This document shows, one piece after another, positions 13,210 through 25,239 of a stretch of 64,000 nucleotides of DNA (the first letter of the stretch is position 1; every line of letters begins with the position of its first letter). The notes under the pieces were generated by a model that saw only the letters and a list, made by a program, of their open reading frames with translations, ran no database searches and had not been told where the DNA came from. The stretch spans positions 3,472,001 to 3,536,000 of the forward strand of contig OZ176058.1 in assembly GCA_964247055.1 (NCBI GenBank). The letters run 5' to 3'. A program made the translations under genes and the position numbers. The DNA is from Paragordius varius (taxonomy: Eukaryota > Animalia > Nematomorpha).

Positions 13210-16200
13210 ATATAAATTTATTTCTGATTGCAATCATAGGTGCTTAGCCTACCCAATACATCCATATATGTACTCTTGTGCTCCAAATTGCAAATTTCAA
13301 AAACAAAAAGTTTTATGTACACCCAGGCTTGTTTCTTAGATTTTCTTTTTTGAAATTGTGCCTCTATTTACCAGCTTAATTATATATTATATGCTCTCTT
13401 TATCTATTAAATCAGCGGAATTGGTTGGAATAGCATATTATATTTTTTATCGATTTGTTATATCTATATGTATCCCCTGCCTAAAATATCATAGATTAAA
13501 TTTTGCACATGGAGCGCACAAGTTCATTCAATTCATATGAATCACACTAGTAGTTTGGCATATTCACATGAAGGGATTTTTATTTCTACATTTCAAGATG
13601 GAAGAAGTTCAAACAGCAAAAATACGATGTAATGGCGAAGTGTTATCAAAATACAAAGGAAAATCATTTTATTTGCTTGGATAAGATGCATGTTATTTGG
13701 ATTATACATACACAAAATGCAATCTAAATTAAAAATATTTGAATTTAGCACAAAAATACTCCTTAAATTTGAAAAACTTTGATTACATTGAAAACAATTA
13801 TAGAAATCTGAAATCAAAGCAAATTTTATAAGAATAGCACCCTAGGAATTTCAGCGATGTACACTCAGACTAATCATTTAATAATTATAATAAGGATAAA
13901 AATCAAAATAATTTTATTGGTAATCAGGATCATGATCTGAATAATACAGAAAGGGTAATTTAATAAAGATTTGTTTTTAACTTTTTAAATATAAATATGA
14001 TTATTCGAGTTAGGTTTATTTATAAATAAATTAAATAGTAAAACTAATTTTGAATTTTAATGTTTTGTGACTAGCATATATATATATATATAAGTGGCAA
14101 TGAATTTTTAATATTATTTTATCCATCATAGGTACGAAAAACTTTTTCTCATCAAAATTAATTTTTTATTCTTATAGAACAATGTGATGTACATGAATAG
14201 CAATTAAAACAAATTATTTTTGAATTGCAATTTTAAAACTAACTTTCTATCTCGGAGGCTTATTATGTGAAAGGAAATCTACATACCATTTTCCCCGGAT
14301 ATAATTGAAAACAAGCAAATTGTTTTTACGAAACAAAATATACGTCAAGTTAAACAACGCAAACTGTTTAAAGATGTTATTAGGAGGTGGGTAGTTTTTT
14401 TTTGTTACTGTTTTTTTAATATATCATTTACTTTGAAACAATTAAAAATTTATGAAATACTTGTGCTTTAATTATCAGTTGTGTTTAATTAACCATATAA
14501 TTATTTTAAAATACATCAAATAACTCACTATTTAAAATATTTGGGTATTTAATTTACCTCGATTAACACAATAAAACATTTTAAAAAGTATGGTAGATCA
14601 TCTTTAAAAAAAATCTCTTTTAGTTTCAAGACTCCAATTATTATCGCATAAAACTTAATTATATTTTTCGCGTATGATTATGCACTGCCATTACAAGGTA
14701 AAAATCGTTTTTTTTAAAAATAAATGTAAGATATCTTTTTTCTTAATGACCCTTTTTGTAAAGTAAAAAAATATGAGAAGCATTTAGTACATGCTAAAAT
14801 TGGTATGATTTATTGTAAAAATTACAGTAATTGAAATTATACGTAAGTAAAAAGACAAATATTTTTGAAAAGAAACTTTTAAGCTTCATTTTTTTTAATA
14901 TTCATTGTTTGAAATTGCATATTATAGCATTGTTATGTATATAGGTGATACAATTAATTACTTATTTTAAAATTGTAATTATATAAAAAAATTTAGGTTT
15001 AAAAAAGTATGGTTGTTTTTTTTAGAAAAAAATATTTGTCTTTATATTTTTACGTTTTGTCCGTATAATTTTAGTTTTTACTGCAAAAGTATACGGACAA
15101 AACATCTATAAAAACAAACATGCTTTTTAAATTTAAAATATCCCATATAAATTTAATATTTACAATTATAAAATATATGACGGATTGTCCCACCAATATA
15201 CATCTAATCTCTAATGATTTGCAATTTTTTATATTTTAAAAATCTGAGATTTAAAAAGTATAATTGTCTTTTTAAAAAATATTTGTCCTTATATTTTTAC
15301 GCCTTATCCGTATTTAATATTAATTTTATTGTAAATTAGTGGTACTCACTAAAATTTTTAAAGGGCGGAAAAATTATATTTTCTTGTCTCAAGAGTTGTG
15401 GACAATATAATATGGGGATAAAATTTTATAGTTGTTTAATAACACATTTGTAGATGTTTATACTCAATAAATTTCCATAAAAAAGACCCTATGCGGCCAG
15501 TGGGCCGCGGTTTGAGTAAAACTAATTATTTTAATTTTATACGTTATACAAAGTCGCCTATAATTGCATATAATTAATCTTTGACATAAACGGAAAAAGA
15601 ATTAAAATTGTTGAGTATTTATATCAAATTTTTATTACGTATATTTATTTGTATGTATGTAGATTTGGATTCGGTAAACCTAAAATGTGCGCTAAGAATG
15701 CTGCCCGGTCAGCTTCCGAAAGACAATTTAAAAAGGTTGGAGGACTTAACAAGCAATGGACTTGTTTGAAAGATCCCCTTGGTTTAAAGAAAAAAATGTG
15801 CATGTGTGGAAAGTATATTTGTTCATATTTTTTATACAGTTCATAAAAAAAACTATTAAAACAATGAAGTAAAAATATATGAGCTAGTGTCGTCTACATT
15901 TTTATACTTAATAAATATCTTATAGCAAAAAATAAAATGTTAAATGATTGATTAATTGAAGATTATGTTTCATGATCCCCATAATTATAAACTATAAGTG
16001 AAATGTTAAAATTACTTGTTACCTATAAATTTTTAAAATCTTTTTTTTAGGAACCTAAGGTAACAATTGTAACCATAACATAATCCTTAAATAGTAAAAG
16101 AATGTCGCATTCGTTAAAAAATATCATGGATTTTACAATAAAAGCAACTCTTTTATATATTTTTTTGAATTAATAGTTTTTTTTATTATTTAAGGCTATG

Positions 16201-17202
16201 TTAATTTAATGATTCAACTTATAATTAAGTTTAAGTAAATGATTTAATTTTGTTATATTGCTTTTAAAATGTAAAAATTTTCCAATTAAAAGAAAAAGAA
16301 AATTGTGCTTTTAAAAGAAACGTATTTTTAGCCGATATATACTAGGCATAGATGATGAATTTTCTGTCTGTTTAACGGTTTAATTTATAGGCAAACAAAT
16401 ATTCTTATTTAAACATCTTTAATTAATTTGAGTAAATTAATTAATAATTTATACTTTTATAATTACTATTTAGGAGTTCGAACTCGCGTGAATCTGATTT
16501 TATAGAAGTGCACGAATGTTAACTATGAAAAGCACTGCAAGAACTCATTAGCCATATTTTAGTTTTTTCATCAATCACATTTCTTTTCCATATTTAGTTA
16601 ATCAAAATTATGTAAATTATTTAAATAAATAAATTTACAGTAAAAATTAAATTTATACACACAAAACATAAAAAACAATACTTTTTTATAACAGAATTTA
16701 AATAAATCTTATCATTATTGCACTTATAATTCAGCTAAAATTGATTGTTAGAGTAAACTTTAGATTATTACAAGTGTATGTCACACGTAAAACATTAAAA
16801 TAAATTTTTACTAAAATTTAAAGTACAATTTAAAAATATTTAACACTTCGATTCAAATTGGGGTATCTAAATAGTCCAGACTCAATTTAAATTTATATTT
16901 TTATAAATTACGAAGGGTCCCAATTTAAAATCATGCTTCTATCCTGACAAAATTATACAAATAAGATAAAATATTAGATCAAAAATTCAATTTTAAAAAA
17001 CATGATTCATGTCAGACTACATCGATGCCATTTATACAATATTTACAAAATATCGTGCTCATATAATTTTTAAACTTAAAATAAAAGCTAATTTTTTATT
17101 TAAATTCATCTAACGTTGATAAGAATAAAAAAAAGGTTTATTTGTATTACTTTTCAATTTAGCCAATGCACACATGTTACGTTGACTAAATTTTACCTTT
17201 GG

Positions 17203-17343
17203 GTTTCGCCCAGGGCTTGAAACCTGTTCAAAAAAAGTGGAAAAATGGATAAAATATAAAGAATATCCTACAAGAATTTTTCCCAGAAAAAAAGACTGAA
17301 CTTGATTAAAAACGAGTATTTACTTACTTGCACATAGGATGGG
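17203..17343 (+). pseudogene. Isolated exon-like segment (FAQGLKPVQKKWKNGxNIKNILQEFFPEKKTELDxKRVFTYLHIGW); B copy at 43667-43806
   Basis: Strong GTAAGT donor in both copies, but an acceptor only in B. Shared in-frame TAA. TGG/TGA swap at the last codon. Confidence 0.35.
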
Positions 17344-17689
17344 GTAAGTCGGTCAAAGTATAATTGTATTGTCCACCAGTAAAAGGTATAAAAAACAGGC
17401 ATACAAGTAAAATATGTTACGGAATAACAAAGAGTAAACGACACAAATATTTTTTGAAGACACCACAAACATATTTTATTAATTCATCTAATAACTTTAA
17501 GAGCGCTATTAAGGAATTGCTTTTTTATATTACAACAACCACAGGGTTGTAATATGAAGTGTGGGATATTTATGATGGATTAATAAAGAGGTTCTGTTGT
17601 TTGTTATGCGTTAAATGTTTAGGATAAAGCATGCTAGTTTAAGATGAGTATAAAAAAACTGTAGATATATTTAAATGAGGTTATTATGA

Positions 17690-18470
17690 TGATAAAAAAA
17701 TCATTCCATAAAATCATCAAAGCAAAATCTAAAGGGTAGCATGCCTTTCCCTTTATATAAAAATATAGGAATAAAAATAGTATTAAGTAAAAAACGTAAA
17801 AACGGATATAATTAACTTGGCAAAAACCAAAGTCATATCAAATGGCGCCACAAGCTTAATCAAAATGGGCTAACACTCTATAGCAACATTAGACAACTAT
17901 ATATATTTAGGAGTCAAGATTAATAATAAAAATAATACAACACCTGAAATTAAGATTAGCCATATCCAGGGCTAAAATGAAATCAAATCGCAAGATATGG
18001 TCTTCACGACAAATACCAAAACTACCCCCCAAAAAATTTAATACAATAATATTTCCAATCGCAACCCTAGGCTGTAAAAGCTGTTGAGTATGCAAAAGTT
18101 CTGACCAAAAAAACTATACAACAAGCTTTTGAGCAAACCTATGTTAGAGAATGCTACTTGGTAGAAAAAGGAACAGACAAACTCACTAATAAATGAATCA
18201 ACTCTAAGATTATTACATTACTTCAAATGGTAAATAACAAAATCCGCGATAACAAATTGGAAATCATTCTTGCTTGGTAAAAGGTAAACCTAAAAGACTC
18301 AGAAAAAAATGGTTAAATCAATTAACAGATGACACCCTCCTTACAATCTCTAAATCTGATCGATTTATCCTCAGACAAATCAGTCTATAGAAAATTTGAC
18401 TATGAAAGTCCTGCAAAAAAGTATAATATTAACTACGCTGTTTGGGGAACATATTTTGATTGTTGAAAAC
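17690..18470 (+). mobile_element. Degenerate RTE-like non-LTR retrotransposon, 3' part of RT and C-terminus
   Basis: NLAKTKVIS, YLGVKIN, RLAISRAKM..RKIWSSR, IFPIATxGCxS, QAFEQ, GKPKRLRKKWLNQL match the RTE-clade RT thumb/C-terminal consensus. Many frameshifts. Confidence 0.8.
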
Positions 18471-19079
18471 ATTATTTAATTGTTGAAAATATATGTTTGA
18501 TTGTTGGAAACGCTCGTTCGATACAACCAAAATATTAACAATTATAAATCAAACAATTATTATATATTGCCAAATTTATAGTGAAAAAAATATAGTGTAG
18601 CATAATAAATGAAACAAATTATAAAAAATATTATAGGGTGAAACGTATAAGTACAAAGGTATGAATGCATAGTATCTAAAAAAATCTTTATTTAATTTTA
18701 AATTTAAAAAATTATTGCACCAAGCAATTAATGCTTCTCACTTTTGAAAATATAAAATTGAATTTTCCAATATTCCATTATATTGGCTGATTCAAATTCC
18801 ATAATTATTGAATCTTAAATAAAAACGAAATTATTATAATATTCTGTTTTCTATAATATCTAAAGGTTTTTTTTTCAAATATTAATCGTAAAAAGTCACG
18901 TATGGTTTACTTAAAATATAATAATTAAATAAATAATTATTTGATTAAAGAAAGTCAGTTATATATATATATATATATATATATCACATAATTGCAATTT
19001 ATTAAAAAAAATTTTTATAAATATAATCTGTTCTTTAGTTTTTAAATAATTTTTTAAATATAATTAAATAAAATTATAC

Positions 19080-20160
19080 CTCATTATCCAAATTTTTATT
19101 ATAGATATTGTTGGTTTTTAATTCCCTCATATCATCGTAATCACCTTCATAAGCTTGTATTAGTTAACACATGTTCGACAAATCGCAAAGGTGGCGAATT
19201 CATTTTTACTGAATTATTTTTGAAATATTAAAATATTAATTTTAAATATATAAAAATTAATAAATAAAATTTATTATATTATTCATTATTATACATTTAA
19301 ATATTTTTGAAAATAAAAGAAATAAATTACAAAAATGAACCAATTATGACAAAAGTAATAAAAATACCAAATATAATTAAAAATTATTTGAAAAATATTT
19401 AAAACATTATTATAATAAATATTAAAATAATACAAAAAATTAATTTAATAAAATTTTCAGTTTTATTATATATGTATAGATAAATATTGTATGTTTTACA
19501 TTTAAGCTATTGTAAATTAAACTCTATATGTTTATTATAAATATTCCACAAAACAATAAAAAATAATTATTAAAACTGTTAAAAAATAAACGATATCCAT
19601 AAAAGCAAAATAAAAAAATTTAATATAAATTAAAATTTGATAAAAAAAATTATTATTGATAATAATAAAAATTTTAAACCTACAAGTCTGTATTTAAAGC
19701 CCGAGTAACCTAAACTAAATCCTGTCTTGGTAAAAAAACTATAATTATAGTTAGGGCATATCAACCTAAATATTTATAAAAATTAAATATTCAAAATTAA
19801 ATATTAATTAAGTATTTTACAAATTTATATATCAAATAATTGAGACGAATATCTTATAAAAGACGATACTGTTTCTCAAACCTTGATTTTTTTAACATAA
19901 AACTATTTAATTATTATATATATATTAAATTTTCAATTATGACCAAACCGATAAAGTAAAATTAAATTTAAAATTTCATCTTTTTATTCTAATTTTTATA
20001 TAATACAAATTAATTTTTTACACATATATACTGATTATAAAAAAATTAATTATTAATTAAAAATAAGAATTGAAAATAAATACCAATTTGGTACACACTT
20101 TTGTGCGTTTGAAGCAAAATCTCCATCTGCTTATTCAGGTAAAAGACGGCATTGAAAAAT
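19080..20160 (-). pseudogene. Putative minus-strand exons 20160-20084, 19765-~19680 and 19208-19080; partial B counterpart 45530-46200
   Basis: AG/GT-bounded, relatively GC-rich islands conserved between A and B. VDMPQLKLKYFYQDRI in B has synonymous CCA/CCC and CTT/CTA changes flanking a CAA/TAA swap. Frames of the other exons are ambiguous. Confidence 0.35.
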
Positions 20161-21191
20161 CTATAATTTTAAATGGTTTTAGATATAAAAAAAGTTAAAG
20201 TAAAATAATAATCCACTGTTCTTGTGAGTCGCAAATTATGGAATTTATATGTCAATTATTAAGGTACTCATCCCGTTAAATAATTCAAATTTCTAATTTT
20301 ATATAGTTAATATAAATGAAATTAATCAAAATTTAAAAAACGTAGAGTTGCCTTTAAAATATTGTGTTTTATAGATTTTGTATGTACAATGTTCATTTTT
20401 ACTTTTAACTGATCGCTCTGGAATAAAATATGGATTTTGAATATTAAATTCTAAAAAACTTATAAAAATAAGAGAATTTTTATCTAACGTACTGTGGTAT
20501 ATTATAGAATATAAAAGATTATTTTACAAAAAGTATCGATTTCAAACAAAAAAAGAATAATCAAAGTGTTTCCTAAAAATCTAAATTTAAGTAATAAAAA
20601 ACTAACCTGAGGTGTTTCAATTGAAATTTTTTGATTTTATGCATGTGTGGGTATCATATAAAAAAGATAGGATAAATTTTTAAATAAAGTTAATCTAAAA
20701 GCATTATTTTATTGACTAATTACGATATATGAAAGTTAATTTTGACAACATTACTAAATTTCAAATAAAATCATGGCTCGCATTTTGATCACACTTAAAT
20801 CGTATGAAAATTTTATATTAGTAAAAACTTCTTATGTAAACTTTTCCTAATACTATTTATTTTACTTGGACTATTACCAGTTAATTAGTTTAGTATAAAA
20901 TTAATCATGTGTAAGCTTACTATTATTATATTGATAAGGGGTACAATCAAGCATAAGCGATTTAACATAATGAATATTCTGGTAAAATTATGATGAATAT
21001 GCCAAAACTTAAATACAAAATGTCTTTTTGTTAAAAACCGTATTCAAATATAAATTATAAGTTGGTCTTATTAATTATCTTATAATATCACTTCTCCAGG
21101 CCAGATTTTTAAAATAATTATAAAATGCAAGACTGGAAATTTTAAAGAATTTGTTTTAAGATTAAGGAAATAAAGGTTACCGAAGGGCATT

Positions 21192-21300
21192 GTGGTGAGT
21201 CTCGACCTGCTTCGCAGCCCAAGAAAGTCCTGCGGAGTTAAGGAAAGAATCAATACCAATCCTGCATTTAAGCCTTAACTCTCAATCTCGAAATCTTTAA
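21192..21300 (+). mobile_element. Short double-hairpin repeat, old diverged copy
   Basis: gtgagtctcgacctgcttcgcagcccaagaaagtcctgcgga followed by a degraded body. Confidence 0.7.
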
Positions 21301-21975
21301 CTATCATTTCATAAATTTTTTACTCATATTGATTAAATTTAATTTAATTTTATTTTAAATTTTAAATAATCAGTGGTGTTGTCGTGGAATTCTTTGGTAC
21401 ATTTAATTCTATTATATTTGAGCAATAATTACAAATTAAAAAAAATAGTCTATTTGTTGGATTCTTTGGTATATTTAGAGTTTATATTACTAAATTTCAT
21501 TAACTTAAATAATCAAATAAACGAAGCATCAATTACTTTTTGGCAAAGAGGACTTTCCAGAAATAATATAATAAAAGTAGTAAATACGGGATTTAGTTTT
21601 ATAATTATTAGATGATGAATAATTTTTATAGCCTTTCATATATTTAATCAATAGTCATATATTTGATTTTGCAACACCTTTATTTTATTTAAATTTCCAA
21701 TATAAAATGATAAGTAGTAGACTTGGCTATATGCTCAATATCCTGGTTTTAAATATATATTTTTGATGACATATTAAGGCAATTAATTACAAAAAAGAAT
21801 ACTGAAATTTAATTTTTAGATAACAATAGTCTTTCACATATTTGAACAAAACTAATTTATTAGTTGATAAAACATATATCAATATAGGATTTATATGAGA
21901 AAACTTTACTAAAATATTTAAACTATTGCTCATCTGTCAGCGCAATTTTATCATTACCTACTTTAAATTAAAAGG

Positions 21976-22101
21976 GCGTGAGTCTCGGCCAGCTTCGCAG
22001 CCCGAGGAAGTCCTGCGGACTTCTTAAAGAAAATGAACCAACTCCAATCCCTCACCCTAACCCTAGCCCACAAACTCGAAAACCTTAAAGTACTTTTAAC
22101 C
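21976..22101 (+). mobile_element. Short double-hairpin repeat
   Basis: Full-length match to the family, starting gcgtgagtctcggcc. Confidence 0.8.
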
Positions 22102-22842
22102 CGCATATAAGAAATTATATGATATCTTAATCAATATTTTTTAATGGGATATATTGGGTATAAAGACTATATTTACAATAAAGATTGTTAAAATCAAATA
22201 TTAACATATTAAACTGATATGATTAATCTTTAAGTAATTTTAATCAGATATTATCTCATATTTATACTCTTATTAACTTTTGAGCTTTATTTCGAACTAT
22301 GTCTAATTATCAACATAAAGTATTAGTATATGACATAAATATATTTTTAATTTATAATAAGTTTCCATGTTCATATCAAGTTTTTATTTTTAAAACGTAT
22401 GTGGTCTAATTTGGAATTTTATAAAAATAATGAATTAAAAAATAGGAATTTGTATGCAAATAAATTTATTGAATAGTATAATATTATATTTGAGCATTAA
22501 TCACATTAAATAGATAAAAATAAATTGAATAATCACATTACTGAATATCTTTCTAATACATTTAATAAAAAAATAAATAATTGCTGGTTAAATAATAAGA
22601 ATGGGATTTAATTTCACCGTGGTAAATATTTGTAAAGCCTTACAAATATTTTCATCCATTGACCCTCCACAGATCTAAAATTCTTAGTCAAAAATTTTTT
22701 TAACGTAACTAACAAGTTTACATGAGTTGTTAAAATTTCTAGCCAATATTGATATTTCAAATATTGATGCTATGAAATATATAGTTTAGTAGAAAATATA
22801 TTTTGATAAAAAAAATATTATAACAAATCTATTACAAAAAAT
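21976..22842. repeat. Diverged upstream extension of the duplication, homologous to 52994-53954
   Basis: Both begin with the short hairpin repeat and share anchors such as gtggtct..tttggaa, tttgag.attaatca.attaaata and acagatct..cttagtcaaa. Confidence 0.75.
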
Positions 22843-22953
22843 GCGTGGGTCTCGGCCTGCTGCGCAGACCGAAGAAGTCTTGCGGACTTCTTTAAGGAAA
22901 TGAACCAATTTCAATCCCTCACCTTAAACCTAGCCCACAAACTCAAAAACCCT
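22843..22953 (+). mobile_element. Short double-hairpin repeat (start of unit B)
   Basis: gcgtgggtctcggcctgctgcgcagaccgaagaagtcttgcggacttc... Confidence 0.8.
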
Positions 22954-24106
22954 AAAATTAGATCTGTATTAATAAATAACTATCATATAACCAATTATTT
23001 TTGTTGGTTTTACATTTTTTAAATATAATGATGAATATGCTTGTTGTAATATATATCCAGATAAGATATCAATAGCCTTTTCCAAAAAGGACGGGAACTA
23101 ATATTAATTCGTGCTTGAGTTAATAATAAAACTATCCAACATGATCGTATTTTGCCCATTCTGCTTTTTACAATTTTGTTATCAAAAAAGTTATCTGGAA
23201 GTACTTCAAATTTAGTTTGTGTTTTACATTTATAATTGATAAATTTTAGATATATGATTAATTAGGTTTATTATTATGATATTGTACAAAAGATTTTTAA
23301 CTCATACAAATTTTTATGCTATAATATCTGATTGATTATTATTTATAATGAGAATAAAAGTCAACGTTTAGATTAATAACTTTGCTGAAATGTGCACAAT
23401 CAGTGATTGAATTTATACCTAGATTTCTGGAAAACAAAATTTAATATATTACCAAATGTTAAATTAATGAGTCCCACAGGTTAAAAATATTCATATAAAA
23501 TATTATCTTTATTAATAAATTTAAAATTAATTAAATTGCGACTAATTTTAATTTACCCCATATAATACCTATTATCAAATTGTTTTAAAATCAAATTACT
23601 AGTACAATTTATATTTAGAATTAGGAATAAATATTTTTTCTAAACTATTTCAGATATATGAAGTATCCTAAATTAAACCTATTAAGTAAAATCAAAAATT
23701 TAGATTGTATTAATTTATTTGACAATAGTAGTATTATTAATATTCGATTTAATTAATATTTTTGTTATTTTCAACTATTTTTTTACTGAGGAGGAATTAA
23801 TTTGCTTTTAAGCCTAAGTAAGATAAAATTATTTTTAGAACAAATTATATATTTAACATTAAAATTTTCGCACATAGGGGGAGGGAGAAAGGGAAAAAAT
23901 AAACATTGTTGCGCAACATACACAACAAACAAGAGAGGGGAATAAATACGTGTACGATTTTTCCAGAAGGAGAAAAGGAACTAATGCGCACATTAATTTG
24001 ATTGGGTGAGCACACACACGTGTGCTTTCCATCCCTATATATAGGGCAAAAATTTTATTACATTTATTATTTTTAATTTTTTTTGTAAATTACATTTTAC
24101 GGCTAG

Positions 24107-24457
24107 AATGTAATTCATTTCTCTTCCTCTTTCTTTTGTGCCGGCTATGCAATGTATTGCTAACATGGATGGATTATTTTATATCAAATTAAGGTAAAAT
24201 TATTTTTAATTTTCATAGATTAAACTCAAACCAACGGTGACTCTCCAACATTACCTATGGTGACATTGCGCAAATAAAACAGGAAATGGATTATAACTGA
24301 TTTTATTAGAAATAATTTGAGGTAAAGACATTTTATTTATAAATATAGATTCTAAAAATTATTTAAACTACAATGAACAATGAATAGTGACAACATGTTG
24401 AGATTGTGGAACCGAAATGGGAAATTGAATTATCACAATTTAGCCTAATCAATCTTA
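24107..24457 (+). CDS. B paralog of the three 5' exons (24107-24193, 24219-24321, 24349-24457; introns 25 and 27 nt)
   Basis: Splicing gives a continuous frame ...IAQIKQEM...HVEIVEPKWEIELSQFSLINL only if TAA/TAG/TGA are read as sense. Confidence 0.45.
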
Positions 24458-25239
24458 GTAAGTTTCGCATGTTTTGTTTATATGATTAAAAATACTACTT
24501 GGTTAGATTTGGATATTGTTTATTGGCTTTAAAAGTTTAGACATTTTTTATCTTTTCTTATTTATTTCTAAAAGAGTTTCGTTTTCTGGTTCTATATATC
24601 TTGAAAAATTTTAACAATGTTTAGAATTTTAATTTACTGTACTTGTACGAATAAATGGGTAATTATTATATATTTTGCTTTTTTTAGTTTTGTAATCCAA
24701 AAATTTATTTTTTAATAGGGGAAATTAACCTAAAAAGGTTAACATATGTTACCACTTTTATACAAATTTATTTTTGATAGAGGAAATTAACCTAAAAAGG
24801 TTAACATATGTTACTATTTTTAGGTGTATATTTAATAACTTAGCACAACACTGCAAGTATCCACTTAATTAACCAAATAAATGTCCATTTATTATATTTA
24901 TATTGAACTGGTGAAATTCTTTTTATTCTTGGAAATATCTGTTTTTAATATTTTTAATTTGTTGCATGCATGTTGAATAATAATTTTTGTTACCTTAAAA
25001 ATTTAATTTATAATTGTTAAATAAATATTTTTAAATAAAATATTCAACGGTATTTAACTTTATTTTCAATTAAATATTTTAGATATGAATTTCTATATCT
25101 AAAAGATTACCAGAATTAAATTTTTTTTTGAGAAAAGTAAAACTTTATTTAGGAATGCTAAATCTTATTAAGTTGTTAACCAGAATCTTCAAAGTGTCAA
25201 ATAATTTCTAAAAACATAATTCTTGAAAACTGTTGTAGA

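Larger units (their letters stand above)
9549..16528 (+). pseudogene. 13-exon gene of unknown product, copy A. Exons 9549-9639, 9937-10013, 10430-10480, 13340-13954, 14178-14386, 14624-14697, 14764-14802, 14828-14842, 14883-14944, 15454-15515, 15663-15812, 16051-16059, 16474-16528
   Basis: GT-AG sites at homologous positions in both copies, compatible phases, in-frame indels and synonymous A/B changes (e.g. GAG AAG / GAA AAA in KKYEKH). Consensus is ~497 codons ending ...IEVHEC-TAA-L-TGA. A-specific lesions: +1 in exon 1, two +1 in exon 4, exon 9 acceptor lost. Requires stop-codon readthrough. Confidence 0.6.
1..19910. repeat. Segmental duplication unit A
   Basis: Colinear with 22843-46325 (roughly 90% identical by eye from 9.4 kb on, more diverged over the first ~3 kb). 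Near-identical to 53960-62091 at offset 53959. Confidence 0.95.

Noticed and set aside
13121-13339. Plus-strand ORFs MLVLNHV.. (also 39520-39810 and 12942-13127)
   Set aside because: Antisense shadows of the minus-strand GC-rich gene. A and B go out of frame with each other.
15000-15320. Small hairpin (GTTTTGTCCGTAT / ATACGGACAAAAC) and direct duplication in an intron
   Set aside because: Probably a decayed MITE relic with no clear termini or TSD.
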